A stretch of DNA of 64,000 bases, taken from positions 930,001 through 994,000 of the forward strand of contig NW_025766747.1 of the NCBI RefSeq assembly GCF_003918875.1, given 5' to 3'. The notes under the pieces are model-generated. The model had not been told where the DNA came from. It did no database searches and saw nothing but the letters and a program-made list of their open reading frames with translations. Position numbers and translations under genes: made by a program. This DNA is from Haliotis rubra (taxonomy: Eukaryota). Of this stretch, positions 24,681-37,978 are shown piece by piece (positions within the stretch are counted from its first letter, which is position 1; each line of letters starts with the position of its first letter).

Positions 24681-25349
24681 ACACACATACATTCATGGAT
24701 GTATCTGGGAGCTCTTTGATTTGCTTCTGTGTGCGTTAGCGTGTGTGTATGTGTGTACCTATCAATATTATGTTGCTGTTGTAAATAAGTGAGGTCATGT
24801 TTGTGTTAGAATATTCCTGAATATATAAATGCAAATGGCTGCTTGATTTAGCTAACACCACACGAGGAAATTGAAACGCTGGCAAAGAAACACGAGTGAT
24901 GTCATGTGCATGTGACAGCTATTTTTAGTACGTTCGGGAAAACCGGATTGATGTGAATACATACCTTCCGAGCTGGGGGACAACACTGGGTGGCTCGAGT
25001 GAGTATTACTATTCCCCAGCTTATGCTTTATCGAACTTCGATTTTAAAGTATATTTCTTCATCGATGAGCAGACTGAATCTACGTGGCGGATGAAGGTGT
25101 GATGAGTGTTAAGATTGCTCTATATATAGCCATGCATCAGGGGTGTTCTGGCGTGTCGGTGTGGGAGATAACTCTGTCTGTCCTAACGGCTAAATGTTCT
25201 GCGCCTGAGAAGGAATAATTGTTTTCAGTTTGAAATGGAATCTTGAATATATATATAAAACTCATTCTCAACTATTAGTAAAATTTCACCAAACAAAATA
25301 ATATCTGATACTGTCTGTCAGTTCTATTCTTGATTCAATTTCGTAAACG

Positions 25350-25720
25350 TTCGTGATAATATCAAATCCTTATTTTTAAACACTTTCCATGCAATGAATA
25401 CATGCTGTGATAATATCACATCCCTATATTTAAACACTTTCCTTACAATGAATCCATGCTGTGATAATATCATACCCTTATATCAAAACACTTTACATGC
25501 AATAAGCAGATGCTGTGATAATATCAAATCCTTATATCAAAATGCTTTCCATGCAATGAATACATGCGTGATAATATCACATCCTTATATCAAAATGCTT
25601 TCCATGCAATGAATACATGCGTGATAATATCACATCCATATATGAAAATGCTTTCCACATCCCTTCTTTCCAAACTCTTTCCATGCAAATAATAATGTGA
25701 TAATATCACATCATGTTAGT
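25350..25720. repeat. Degenerate ~55-bp tandem repeat
   Basis: GTGATAATATCACATCCTTATATCAAAATGCTTTCCATGCAATGAATACATGC, about 6-7 copies. Confidence 0.8.
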
Positions 25721-26099
25721 TAAACGTTTTCCATGAAATTGTTACACGTTGCGGTAATAATCATTTCAATCTGAATTAAAGTTTTCAAGAAGTTTTACGG
25801 TTGACATGTGGAGGAAATTTCAAAATTTGATTAAGTGACAAACATGATGTCCGATGCATTTCCCTATTTTTTCTGTTTTACATATATTTTTTCCTCCTTC
25901 CCTGTTACAAATGTGACAGCTCTCACCCAGGGTAATGTGAGTTCCAGCATGCAATGCATGTAATAGTGTATTTCGTGGGTGTTTAAAGCATGTACAGAGG
26001 ATGAAGGGTTTTTTCCATAAGGACAAACACTCATTCACCTTCTTACACACCTACATTCACACGCACCTCGATAGGAATCTGCTGGCCTCGTATCACATG

Positions 26100-26850
26100 T
26101 TGAATATATTCAAAGGTCTTGATTATTGCTGCTTCAATGATATAACACCCAAGCCTGATCAAACTTATGTTGGTCACTGTTTCTAAGAGCTATGTCCTTT
26201 TCTATTTTGTATCTAATGTTCATTTCCATTACAAATCTGCTAAAATTAAGTTTTGAATTTTGACATTTGCATTTGTAAATAAAGAATTTTGCGAAAAGCA
26301 AAATGAAATAAAAAACCTTATCTGTTATTATGTTTTCTTGAACTCCAAATAGTATAAATTCGGCACTTAGCTTCATATTGCATACATGACCACACTGGTC
26401 TATCCATTTCAGAAACTGATCCCAAAAGTTCTTAGTAACATCACATTCCCAAAATAAAAGGACGATAGTTTCTGTTTGTCTCTTACAAAAAGAACAAAGA
26501 TCATTCTGAACATATTTTAGTTTAAATAAAAAGGAATCTGTTGTAAGTATATTGTGCACAAGTCTATACTGAAACCAGCGCAGTTTCACTTCTTGACATG
26601 TACTAAACACCTTAGCACAAATCTCATTCCAGGCAAGCTGACCAAATTTAAGTTCCCATTTTTCCTGGCCTTTTGTTTTTATTTCTGCTGCTACAAGTGT
26701 AAAATAAACATGCTTAGAACCTGAACGCACACTGCAAAGCTTTTGTATAGTACAGCAGTGTTCTTTGACACAGTCTGGTGTACTTTTGGTTAACATAAGA
26801 GTTGCAAGATAATGTTTAATGCTGTTTATTACACCATAAAATGTTCCAGG
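26100..26850 (-). mobile_element. 3' fragment of an L1/Tx1-type LINE ORF2 (zf-RVT region)
   Basis: KLRWFQYRLVHNILTT...CSFCKRQTETIVLLFWEC..FW is the typical C-terminal zinc-binding region of L1/Tx1 reverse transcriptases. Confidence 0.85.
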
Positions 26851-27406
26851 TATGATGAACGAATAAGATATATTTCTCTGAATTGCATTTCCCTATTTTG
26901 ATTTATACCATATATTCCAGAATTACTTCAAGTGAACAATTGACTAGACTTAGCATTTGTCTATGATGGGTTCCACCGGTGGGGCAAAATACGCACACCT
27001 TTTCGCGAACACCTGGTATCATCACTATTTGATAGTGATTCATAAACGCATGCCCTGTCATCGGATCGCAAGGTAACAATCACTGGATTGTCTGGTCCAG
27101 ACTCGATTTGATTACAAACAACATCGTACAGCTGAAACAAATATGTACTCATGATTTCGCCACAACTGTACAATCAAATCCGCTTTTAGCAGAGATTTCT
27201 TATGGACGTGGAAAGGGTTTTGTCGCTTTAATTTCCATACACTGAGTAACTGTGCTGTGTGCAGGTGGGCCTCTTTCCTCTTTCGCAATCACACACTGCT
27301 GCATTTTAACTGGCAGTCTCCATCTGGTATCTGTGATATACCTTTCACGCTTTGAACCTGTCATGACTGGGAGGAAATGCCTGTTCTTTTTTTCAGTAAG
27401 CACACC

Positions 27407-30400
27407 ATGGACTCTTTGCATTTCCGAGAATATCAGAGAGGAATGATGGTTTCAAACAATGAATCATTTCCCGATGCTGATGTTCATTTAAACGAGGTGT
27501 TGTCAAATGCAGTTGGCCGAGGAGAAAGGATACAGGGTACGATTAGACATGATCTATTTTGATGTTGCCAATAAGTATAAGGTACTTCGGTACAACATGA
27601 CGAATCAGTTCCTAACTGAACGAGGGAGCAGTTATCTAATTTTCGAGAGATGAGGTAACAAACAAAACAATCCACAAACGAAATAATTGAATTCTTTGGA
27701 CACTTTAAACAGGACGCACAATATTTTTGGACACACTTAATGTAAATATATTTGTATATGTTATAATGATACGATGTCTTAAATTCCATGTTCAGATCAT
27801 AATGTTTACATGAATTGTATTGATACTTCGAAATTAGAATACAGATTCATAATATCGTATAGTGTAGTAATTACTTAAAAGATTATAAATTTCTTTGTAA
27901 AACTTACATTAAAAAACTGAAATGAAGAAAACAAACATTGTGGACATGCATTTAATTTTCGGATGTTCACCAAATGTATTCCTTTTCAGTTACAGACACG
28001 CTCGCCTGTATCCACTGGAAAGGATCTCATGGTTCAGTGACATCAACACTAACCCTCACACAGCCGAAATTAGAAGACCCTGATCGAATTGATGAGGAAT
28101 TTTGTGAAGCCATGGTTCGGGATCCGACTCAACTACACACCTTCATTCGTGATGTACATAAGCACCAAGCAGTCAAACTGGTTACGGTGAAGGTCCATCC
28201 CATTGCTTTTACATTTCGTCATTTCGAGAATGACCTGTTCGTCAGATGTGCAAAGGACTTTATGAATGCTATACGTTGTCTTGTTTCAAACTGCGTGCAT
28301 TCAAAACCTGAGATCAAAACAGCCCTTAAAGTTAATAGAGAAAATACAGACACTTGCACTTCTTTCCATCGCGGATTTGGGAACCACAGAACCGGTAATC
28401 AGTCCACCAGGTAAATAGTTCTCCGCTTGTTCTATCGAACTGTAGTGAACCAAGACGGACAATTCGTACTCCATTCTTGACCTTTGCTTGGACTAAATTC
28501 AGAAATTAGATTCTACATGTATTCATGTATGGACGAATTTTGACACAAGGACCATTACTTATGCTATCAACCAGAGGTGTGCGTTCACATACTTCTCTGC
28601 CCATATAAAATGATAATAATATATTACCAGATGGCTAGATATATTAGGGATCATAACTTACAAGTTCGGAATAATGTGGCATTATACATCCCTACACAAT
28701 GCACTTTAAATAGTTATCTAGAAAGAAAACTGTTCAAATTTTAATTTACAGGTATTGCATGACGGAGGGAAGAAACACACAACTGGAGAGTGTAGCATCC
28801 ACAAAGGAGAGGTTTGCTGTTATTGATAGAGAAATGAAGAAACAAAAACATTTCATTGAAACTCAGTTCGCCCTACACAGACAGCAGAATGATGAGATTA
28901 TGTCGACACTCTCTCATGTACTGTGCACACTCCAGGCAGGCCTGACCAGTGCTGAGATCCAAAAAGTCATAGCTGAAGAAAAAAACCGTTTGACACAAAG
29001 TTTTGAGAAGAATGACGAACCAAGATTAACTGTCAAAGATGAATCACAAGATGATTTGGCGAGCCACACGTCGCTCTCCACGTTAAGTTCTGACCATCAG
29101 GTACAACGCAATGGACCTGATGACTTCTCAAGAACTGATCACGGGAGTCAAGAGAACCATGGCTGCACCCATGAACCTGTCCGCAAGGAAAACAGATCAG
29201 ATGCAGCCCAAACAAAGGAAAATGAACGAGCCACTGCAGCAACTGCAGATGCAACTACCCATGCATCGGGTTCAAAGATAAAACCAGAAACCAGTCGTAA
29301 CCATGAAACGTCCGGTACCATAAACACAACGAAACAGGATGGCGTCGGCAAGGTCGCTGATAGTCTGGCTGCGTCCAAAGTTCAGACGAAATACTCAAGA
29401 AAAAATACACGACTGTTTTCGAGTTCAACGTCAAGCAACGTAATGACGCTTGATCGCTTGAAAGCAGGTCAGGACACGTCGGGGTATAAACCTTCTGGAA
29501 AAGGTGAAGGTCAAAAGGTTAAGACACTCGCTAACTTGAAGGAAGAAGAATGGAAAGAAGATCGCGAAAAACATGACGCAACTCTTGCATATCTAATGGG
29601 TCTCCATGATCCCAGCGACGGAACAGTAGACAGGGATGATGTCTTGAAGAGTCTCACCAGGTAATTCCATTTCCTTATGAAACTCAAATGTGTGAACGAA
29701 CATTTCAGCGTTATCACACAATAATGTCACACAATAAACGACCCGTGAAGATCCGGGCTAGAATTGATCTTCAGTAACCTATACTTGTCGTAAGAGGCGA
29801 CTAACGCGACCGGGTGGTCAGGCTCGCTGTCTTGGCTGACACATGCCATCGTATCCCAATTGAGTAGATCGATGCTGATGCTGTTGATCACTGGATTGTC
29901 TGACCCAGATTCGATTATTTACAGACTGCCGTCATATAGCTGGAAAATTGCTGAGTGCGGCGTAAAACTAAACTCACTCACACAATAAACATCGGAACAT
30001 TGTTCGGTGTAAATATTTATGTTTTAGTGGTAAATCGCTCGTGCCCATTAAAAAGGAAAGGACAAGGTCTGGCGAACCGTCGAAAGGTAGAAAACGTCCG
30101 GTGTTAGATGTACAGAGTCTTATTAGCAGTAATCCAGATGACACAAGGCTGTGGAGCGGACTTGAAGACGTACTTCAGGAAGGTACGCTGTACTGTTTAC
30201 ACATCGAGTTATGCCAATGTCGCGCCTTGCCGTATTTTAAACCGGTTTTCTGTCTATTCCTGCATCATTATTCCTGTGTGTATATATTAATATACAACAT
30301 GGGTAGCTACATAGACTAGTGGTTAAAGCGTCCGCTCGTCACGTCGAAGGCTCGGTTTCAATTATCCAATTAGACACAATTTGTGACGCCCAGTTGTGGT

Positions 30401-33400
30401 GTCACTGTTGTGATATTGCTGGAATAATGTCGAAACGGCATAGCCCCATACTCATTTACTGTATGTTAAATGTGTCCTCTTGGGTGCGGTTGTTCCAGAT
30501 GACGACGGATCTCTCCGAGCTGAAGCAGCATTGGACACAGTGTTTTGTCTGGACACGTCTGGGAGCATCAGTGAACAGGCATTTGCACAGATGAAGGATA
30601 TTGTCCTTGACTTCCTTACTGGTATTTATAGTTACGTTAAAGATGCTAAACAACTAAAATATATAATGTGAAACAGTTGTTGTATCGTGTGATAATTGAT
30701 ACCTTTCAATTGACTAGGTATTGAAGAGGTTGCTGAAAAGTATGATATTGAGGAAAACGTCGCTTTAGTGACATTCGGAGGAAAGGCTAAAGTAATACAC
30801 CATCTTTCGAATGACTACGCAAGTCTGCAGGATGCTCTTGGTAAGTCTGATTGCAATATTGGGCTAACAAATGCAAACTGAGTTATTTTCCTTTTCCAGA
30901 AGCCTGCAGCTATCTATAAATGTTCCCACATAACATAGCAAAGTCTATGAGCATATTATACTAAGATTCCGCTTTTGTATATTCACACTTGTATATAGTT
31001 TGACGTTTTCAAAGCCGAAGGAAGTGTTTCATGTTGCAAATTGAACATGCATTTCTCATCAGAAAAAGTAGAGCGAGGAGGTCCTTCTCCACTTCTCCAG
31101 TCCCTGGTGGTTGCCCTTGCCTGTCTTTCAAGAGGTGTGTAACTCATCGTGTCACAACGTTGTGATCTTTTATCCTTGTCATTATGTGTCAACATTACTT
31201 TACACGGCCTAGGAAATATGTGTCTTTGTCATTGATTCGAATGTAAGGAGCAGCCAGATATCTAACTATTTAAAATGTTCATCTTCTAGCTATCTTGTTT
31301 GGCTTTTGTGTTTTAGTAAAAGTGTTTCTTTTTCAAAACCATGTCATGTGTAATATGTAGGTGGCATCTGTAATATGGGAGGCCTTTTGGTTCCACCAAG
31401 GATTGTCTTCATAACTGATGGATTGGCATCTGCAGAGTTACCGGAGACAGCGCCAGATACAACGTGCCCATCTGAGAAAGTACGATGTCTGGATGTTGTA
31501 AAAATGTACATTATAGCCTGATCTATGTTGTGCTATTTAGTTTGGAGTTTCTTTTACACGTTTATTAAAGAATGAATGATCTCGACACACCAGTTGGACA
31601 ACATATCGCATGATTTAATAAACATTTTTCTATATTTGTCTTCAGGATAAAATGCGCCTCATTGGTGCAGTTGGAGCATTAGGAAGTGAACATGCCAGAA
31701 CATATATAGCAAGTCCTCTTGTGTGGATCCCAATCGGGGAGGCCGACAGGGTGAGTTTGATTGGGTGTTTTCGGTTACGTTTACGATATTGCATTAACAT
31801 CTAGCCAAACATCCCATTAACCTTGGTGCGAGTGCTCATTTGGAAGTGAAAACGTATTATCTTATGATTGTGTTTGTACTTGATATTTGTCAGTAATGAC
31901 GGATTATGTTCTAAAGAACCGCGAAAAGCCAAAGATACTGGTTCGGTTCCCTACATAGGCGTTCGGTGACGTGTGTGCTGGAGGGGGATGGGGTGGGGAA
32001 TCGGGGGTAGGGTGACAGGTTTTTTGTCAGCGCTCTTCAATAGCATTGAAAATCTATAGTAATTTTGAACAATAATCTTATGTTTTCAACAATGCAGACA
32101 TTTCTCGAATCTATGGTGAAGTTGTGCCACGGAAAACTGCTGGAAGGAAAAGACGTGAAGACACTTTGTAACCACCAACGACTTCGGGTGAGCAGTGTCT
32201 AAACATATGTAGACTATTCATGTAGACGGTAATTATAACTTTTCGGTCTATAAGGCTTTTGTGGCAGCATGTGCCGAATATGGCTATGGTTTGTTTTGAA
32301 GAGGGACGGGAGAGCCTCGATAATTTGAAACAAATATATTCTCACTATTCTGATTTACATTCGTCGACACAGAGTAAAGATAACAAAGTAAAGTAAGGGT
32401 TTTTTCTAATCATAATTGTGTTTAAAAGCAATATCCAGTGTTCTTCGGGAGGTTTAATTAACATTCAAAACCTTGGTATTTACGTATAAAAGAGACACAC
32501 CAACAAACAACAGCAGAGGGCAGCAGCCTGCATGACTTGTGTTGAATGTCCCATCTTGAGCTCATCATATTATTCATCATTGAAGTAAACAACTGTTTAT
32601 TAATTACAGAGGATAGCGAGTAATGTTTTGGTGTACATGAGACGTCGGGATACCGAGTCAGATAACTTTAAAAGTGAAATGGAAATGGTGATCAACGCCT
32701 TAGGCGACACTTTGACAACATCAGAAAAGGTGAGACTAGCATGTATACTTGTTCCTTGTTGTATGTCTGGACTTATGTTTGCCCAATCTCAAATCGAAAA
32801 GGCGATTTAATTATATAGTTTACAGTTTTTCTTCCTATCCTTTCATCTCAGGAAGAGATTGCCACATTGGTCAAAATGAACATCTACAACGTTGAGGGCA
32901 ATCTCGGAGCTATTGACAGTTTTGATAACATCACGACAAGAGACAACTTACCCCCACTGGGCAGCAGAGTGGTCCGTGGACCAGACTGGATGTGGGGGGA
33001 CCAAGACTCGCAGGGTCCCGGGACAGTCATCAACCACGATGCTGATGGCCGTAAATACAATAACATTCACATAATATACCAGCTGGCTGTAAACGTCATA
33101 TATACAGTATTTTCATCTTAGGCATCTAGATCTGGGTTTGTCGCCGTGCCTGTCTTGTTTTATTGTTCCTATTCATGTACGTACAGTCAACAACGCTGAG
33201 CACACAACACAGCACAGATATTTTACTGTGTTGGTGACTCAGGTTGTTCGGTCGTCTCAGGCGTTTCTATTCTTTGAGCAAGACAAGAAAAGTGTCTATT
33301 TGCTTCAAAGACTTGGACTAACGTCCCTCGTCTGTTTTCTACAGAAATGTACATTTGTGCCAGAAAATGGAGGCTTGACTTATTATCTATACAAACACAT

Positions 33401-36400
33401 TTTAATATACTTAGGCAAATGCAGCAATGGAAGTTTAGATGTACACTCCAACAGCTCTATGAATTTAGATTCATCTGGATGTTCCCAGTAATATTTACCT
33501 ATATATTTCACTCTGTTTGTATGGTGATTTGGACACACAAGCAAAAAATGGTATTCGTCCTCTATGACGTTGGTACCAGATGACAGACAAAATTCACAAA
33601 ATCTCAAATTTCTATCTATGTTTTTGTAACGTCCTATTTCAATTTGTAGCTTATGACATGGTATTCTAATCTTTGTTAGATAGCATCGTATATTCTGTGG
33701 AATCCAACTAAGATAATAGTCATATTCAAACACCTGTTTAACTTTCGTATACAATGTAAGTTTACTACTCTTTTCTAACTCACTTCGCCATTTCTGCATA
33801 TAATTATCATTCATGCGTTGTTTAAATGAGGCCACAAATGGCATGCAATCAACAGAATACGGATCTAGCCAAACACATGCATAACCATTTCTACACAACA
33901 ATTCCTTCACTGAGTTACACCAATCTTTTCACCTTTTTCACAATAAAGCAGTGATATGTTATATGCAGCTTTCAAGACCATGTTTTCAGTGTATACCAAT
34001 TTAAACCAGTAAAACTCTACAATATCTATTTACATACAACGGTATTCTACCAAGTTCACTGTAAACTGCTGCATTTGATGCTTTAGGATGGACGTGTAGT
34101 ATTTTCTTACAAAACCTAAGATGTATTTTTTCTATTTCCGGTGCATAGTTTAAGCCCCATATCTCACAACCATAGCTAAGAGTACTCGTTACGAAAGAAT
34201 CAAAGAGTTGACAACATATTTTGGGTGAGAAAACTCCACACCTTAGATGAGAAGACAAAACAGAGTTAGGTAACCGTTGAGCACGCCCAAAACAAATGGT
34301 CCTGGGTTCGAATCTGGTTTCACGCCACTAATGTTTTTAGGCAGGTAAGCGCCATAACCATTCATGTGGTTTTTATCTTAGTGGTAAACGTCCAAGACTT
34401 GCATCACTTTAGGCTTTACCCCCATAATAGGCTAAGGTGCGGAGCTATAACAGGAATACTCGTTATCTGTCGAAATCAGGTCTGCATTGCTCTTTGAAAA
34501 GTTGTGTACCTAATATTTTATTCTAAACCTCTGGAATTTTCAGCAAGTGTGTGGGTCTTATGGGACAACGGTCAACGGAACGTTTACAGATGCGGCGTCC
34601 AAAACGAGTTCGATGTTCTGATTGTGGATGACCAACCGCGGACATTTGGTGATAGCCATATGGTTGAGATAGGAGCTCAAGTCGAACGAGGTAAACGCCT
34701 GCAACTGTTAAAGTTAGTTCACCAAGAGTACATAAATACATAATTTAGAAATAAGGACATCTCCATCCTCGATAATCTCCAGGGTATAGTGGAGAGTGAT
34801 CGTAACGTATACCCTGGAGATTATCGAGGATGGGACGACTCGTGCGCAGCATTAATTTGGATGTTGCAGAAATATTGATCTGCGACCCAGCGTGTTCCTT
34901 CGATATACACATGAATCTAACTTTACTGTTTATGGGATCTTAACACAACACATTCTTTGAAATTTGAGGTCTGTACTGGGCATTTGACCATTAGTGTCTA
35001 TGTGACGTATTGTTTGAGGTCTGTACTGGGCATTTGACCATTAGTGTCTATGTGACGTTTTGTTTGAGGTCTGTACTGGGCATTTGACCATTAGTGTCTA
35101 TGTGACGTTTTGTTTGAGGTCTGTACTGGGCATTTGACCATTAGCGTCTATGTTACGTTTTGTTTGAGGTCTGTACTGGGCATTTGACCATTAGTGTCTA
35201 TGTGACGTTTGGTTTGAGGTCTGTACTGGGCATTTGACCATTAGTGTCTATGTGACGTTTTGTTTGAGGTCTGTACTGGGCATTTGACCATTAGTGTCTA
35301 TGTGACGTTTTGTTTGAGGTCTGTACTGGGCATTTGACCATTAGTGTCTATGTGACGTTTTGTTTGAGGTCCACACTGGCAGGAGTCGTATGGGAACCAG
35401 GATGGCGGGCCCGGGAGTCACGGAACTGTCATAAGACGCAAAGGACAGATAATCATGGTGACGTCTTTCTTCTTGTCTCTAGCTTATGTTTCTAAATAAT
35501 ACAACGATTCTCCTTGCAGCTAATCAATCTGAGATGTTGCTAGAGGTTTGACTGTCCCATCAGTTATATCTTTCCTCTATTGTAAGTCCCACCAGACTAT
35601 TCATTAACATTTTCCACTGGTATCCTAACTCTTGTCAAAACTTGAATTTTCATGTTACCATGAAAAACGCGTGTGTGACATCAATTATGTAATATGTTTA
35701 GATTATGCATGTGTATAAATATCATATGTGCGTTGTTCGTAGGTGAGATGGGACAATGAAAGTATCCACAAGTACAGGTTTGGGGAAAACAATATGTACG
35801 ACGTGGCAATGAGGTGTGTTCCTAAACTTTTAGTTCAATATATCATTAAGTCTATTATGTACTGTTACCCAGCCTAGTTATCCCGCACCTGGGATCCCAG
35901 TATAACCATATTTGAAATTCTACCATGACTTCAGTAAATTCTGGATTGTGATTGGTTAATCAGTCATTCAGAGGTATATAATCAAGTTATATACCTCTGA
36001 TTTTCCAACACAGTATGTTTATCTCCTAAGTATCATGACTCCATTAGTACATGTCAAGTGTTGTTTTTTTTCATTTATTTTAAGGTTTTAATATTACGAC
36101 ATGTTGTCTTTCATTGTTTCTTTGCTGTGTGTAAAACGCATTAATATTAATATCGCTGGAATATTGCTTAATGCGGCTTAAACCCATTTTCCTTGTACCC
36201 GACCGTGATATTGCTGGAATATTAGTTAATGAGGCAACCATCACTCACTTTACTGTGTGCCATGGTGTTGAGGGAATACTGAAGTTTGCAATGTGCACCG
36301 TGATATATGATCCATTCAGGGACCCATTTGCCTGTCTGCTGGAGAGGAGTTCCCCACAGTCAACCAAGAAGAGTGATACCAGCCTCTCTCTCAGTCACCC

Positions 36401-37978
36401 TCAACATACAGGTGAGGATCAGTACATCGCCTAAAGGCTCTACCTGAGATTATCATACATGAACAAGCTAACTTAACTTGGTTTCGGCTGTATATAATAT
36501 TCACGAGACATGATTCACTTATTCGACGACATCGGAATTGGTCCTCCGCATCCCCTGCTTTTAAGACGCAACTAACGGGATCGGCAGGTCAGATTAGGCA
36601 GGTCCATGTGATTGTATACAATTTGCATAGCTCGATGATCATACTATCATTTGATGCAATCACTGGACTGTCTGATCCAGAGGCGAATATTTACGGATCA
36701 CCTTCATATAGCTAGCAATATTGCTGAATGGGCTCTAAACATGAAAGAAACCAACATTTTACAACACTAAATGTATTACTGGTTTGATTTGGTTTTGTTG
36801 TTGTTTAACGCCGCAATCAGCAATATTCCAGCTATATGGCGGCGTTCTGTAAATAATCGAGTCAGGACAAGACAATCCAGTGATGAACATCGACCTACGC
36901 AGTTGGGATACGATGACATGTGTCAACGACAAGGATGGGTTGCTGAAGACCAATTCTAACCCTGATCTTCACGGGTGAAATGTGTTATTGTATCAGGTAA
37001 CATGTCTTGCTGTATCAGGTTAATGTGTTGCTGTATCAGGTGAAATGTATTGCTGTATCAGGTGAAATGTGTTGCCATATCAGGTGAAATGTGTTATTGT
37101 ATCAGGTGAAATGTGTTGCCATATCAGGTGAAATGTGTTATTGTATCAGGTGAAATGTGTTGCTGTATCAGGTGAAATGTGTTGCTGTATCAGGTGAAAT
37201 GTGTTATTGTATCAGGTGAAATGTGTTGCTGTATCAGGTGAAATGTGTTATTGTATCAGGTGAAATGTGTTGCTGTATCAGGTGAAATGTGTTATTGTAT
37301 CAGGTGAAATGTGTTGCTGTATCAGGTTAAAAGTGTTACTGTATCAGGTGAAATGTGTTAATGTATCAGGTGAAATGATCGAACACGTTGTGTTGTATTC
37401 AGAAAAGCATGGCCGACCAGAAAGTGACAGGTCGTTTGTGTGGCAGAGGAACGATGGGCGACACGGATGGCAGGACTACACAGAGGCTGAGAATGCCAAG
37501 ATGATGACTGAGTACAGGAAGCGAAAGATGGGGTCGTGTCTTCTCAGTAGGAATGGCCAAAGGTATTCTTGACCACTTATCTGTTAGCAAAAATATCGAA
37601 AAATGATATTAAAAAACGCACCTTTTGCTTGTGCATATTTCCTAAATGGATATAGATTATTTGTATTATACAAATTGAATTGCATTGTATTGTATTGTAA
37701 TTGTCATGTTAAAGAATTATAATATATGTCGGCACATTTCAGTTTCAGAATATCCTTCCGAAACAATATTGAGAGATCTGTGGAGGATAATACGACCGCA
37801 GACATACGGAAACGGTTCACCGGTAGGCAGATTTCCTTGTCTTACAATATGCATCACAATATTATTGTAGCGTACAGCACGTTCAAATTTGGATGGATAA
37901 ATATTTCCTAGTGTCGTATCATATTGTACATTTGAAAGGATTTACATAATTCCAGTCCTTGTTTTCATTTCAGATTAA
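27407..37978 (+). CDS. Gene 2: paralogue with the same VWA / 2x MIB-HERC2 / WWE architecture, about 1069 aa
   Basis: Exons: 27407-27536, 27990-28410, 28752-29660, 30028-30182, 30499-30621, 30718-30840, 31063-31134, 31361-31479, 31646-31750, 32098-32187, 32610-32729, 32852-33050, 34544-34690, 35369-35457, 35743-35813, 36320-36411, 37403-37562, 37743-37822, 37974-37978. Open frame of 3210 nt. Intron phases match gene 1, and many exon lengths are identical (123, 123, 72, 105, 90, 199, 147, 71, 80). Motifs: LDTVFCLDTSGS, IVFITDG, GSRVVRGPDWMWGDQD, FVWQRNDGRHGWQDYT. Confidence 0.85.
29741..29980 (+). mobile_element. SINE-like family A with target-site duplication
   Basis: Full copy with TCACACAATAAAC on both sides. 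Confidence 0.9.
30300..30456 (+). mobile_element. Degenerate SINE, family B
   Basis: TAGACTAGTGGTTAAAGCGTCCGCTCG...GATATTGCTGGAATAATG matches the copy at 10835. Confidence 0.6.
33370..34258 (-). mobile_element. 3' fragment of a CR1/L2-group LINE ORF2 in a gene 2 intron
   Basis: LSYGCEIWG...IEKIHLRFCKKIL...AVYSELGRIPL and CHKLQIEIGRY...RFCEFC...IEDEYHFLLVCP; the two pieces are frameshifted relative to each other. Confidence 0.85.
34763..34833. repeat. Perfect inverted repeat with 26-bp arms (hairpin or tiny MITE)
   Basis: CCATCCTCGATAATCTCCAGGGTATA ... TATACCCTGGAGATTATCGAGGATGG. Confidence 0.85.
34963..35371 (+). repeat. 50-bp minisatellite, about 8 copies, ending in the acceptor of the exon at 35369
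   Basis: Unit TTTGAG|GTCTGTACTGGGCATTTGACCATTAGTGTCTATGTGACGTTTTG; the final TTTGAG|GTCCACACTGG is the real junction. Confidence 0.95.
36516..36977. mobile_element. Two family A SINE-like copies tail to tail: a degenerate + copy at 36516-36750 and a - copy at 36790-36977
   Basis: CTAACGGGATCGG...GCAATATTGCTGAATG on the + strand; CAGCAATATTCCAGCTATATGGCGGC...GATCTTCACGGGT on the - strand. Confidence 0.7.
36976..37378 (+). repeat. 22-bp minisatellite, about 18 copies, just upstream of the gene 2 WWE exon acceptor
   Basis: Unit TGTATCAG|GTGAAATGTGTT(GC/AT). Confidence 0.95.
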
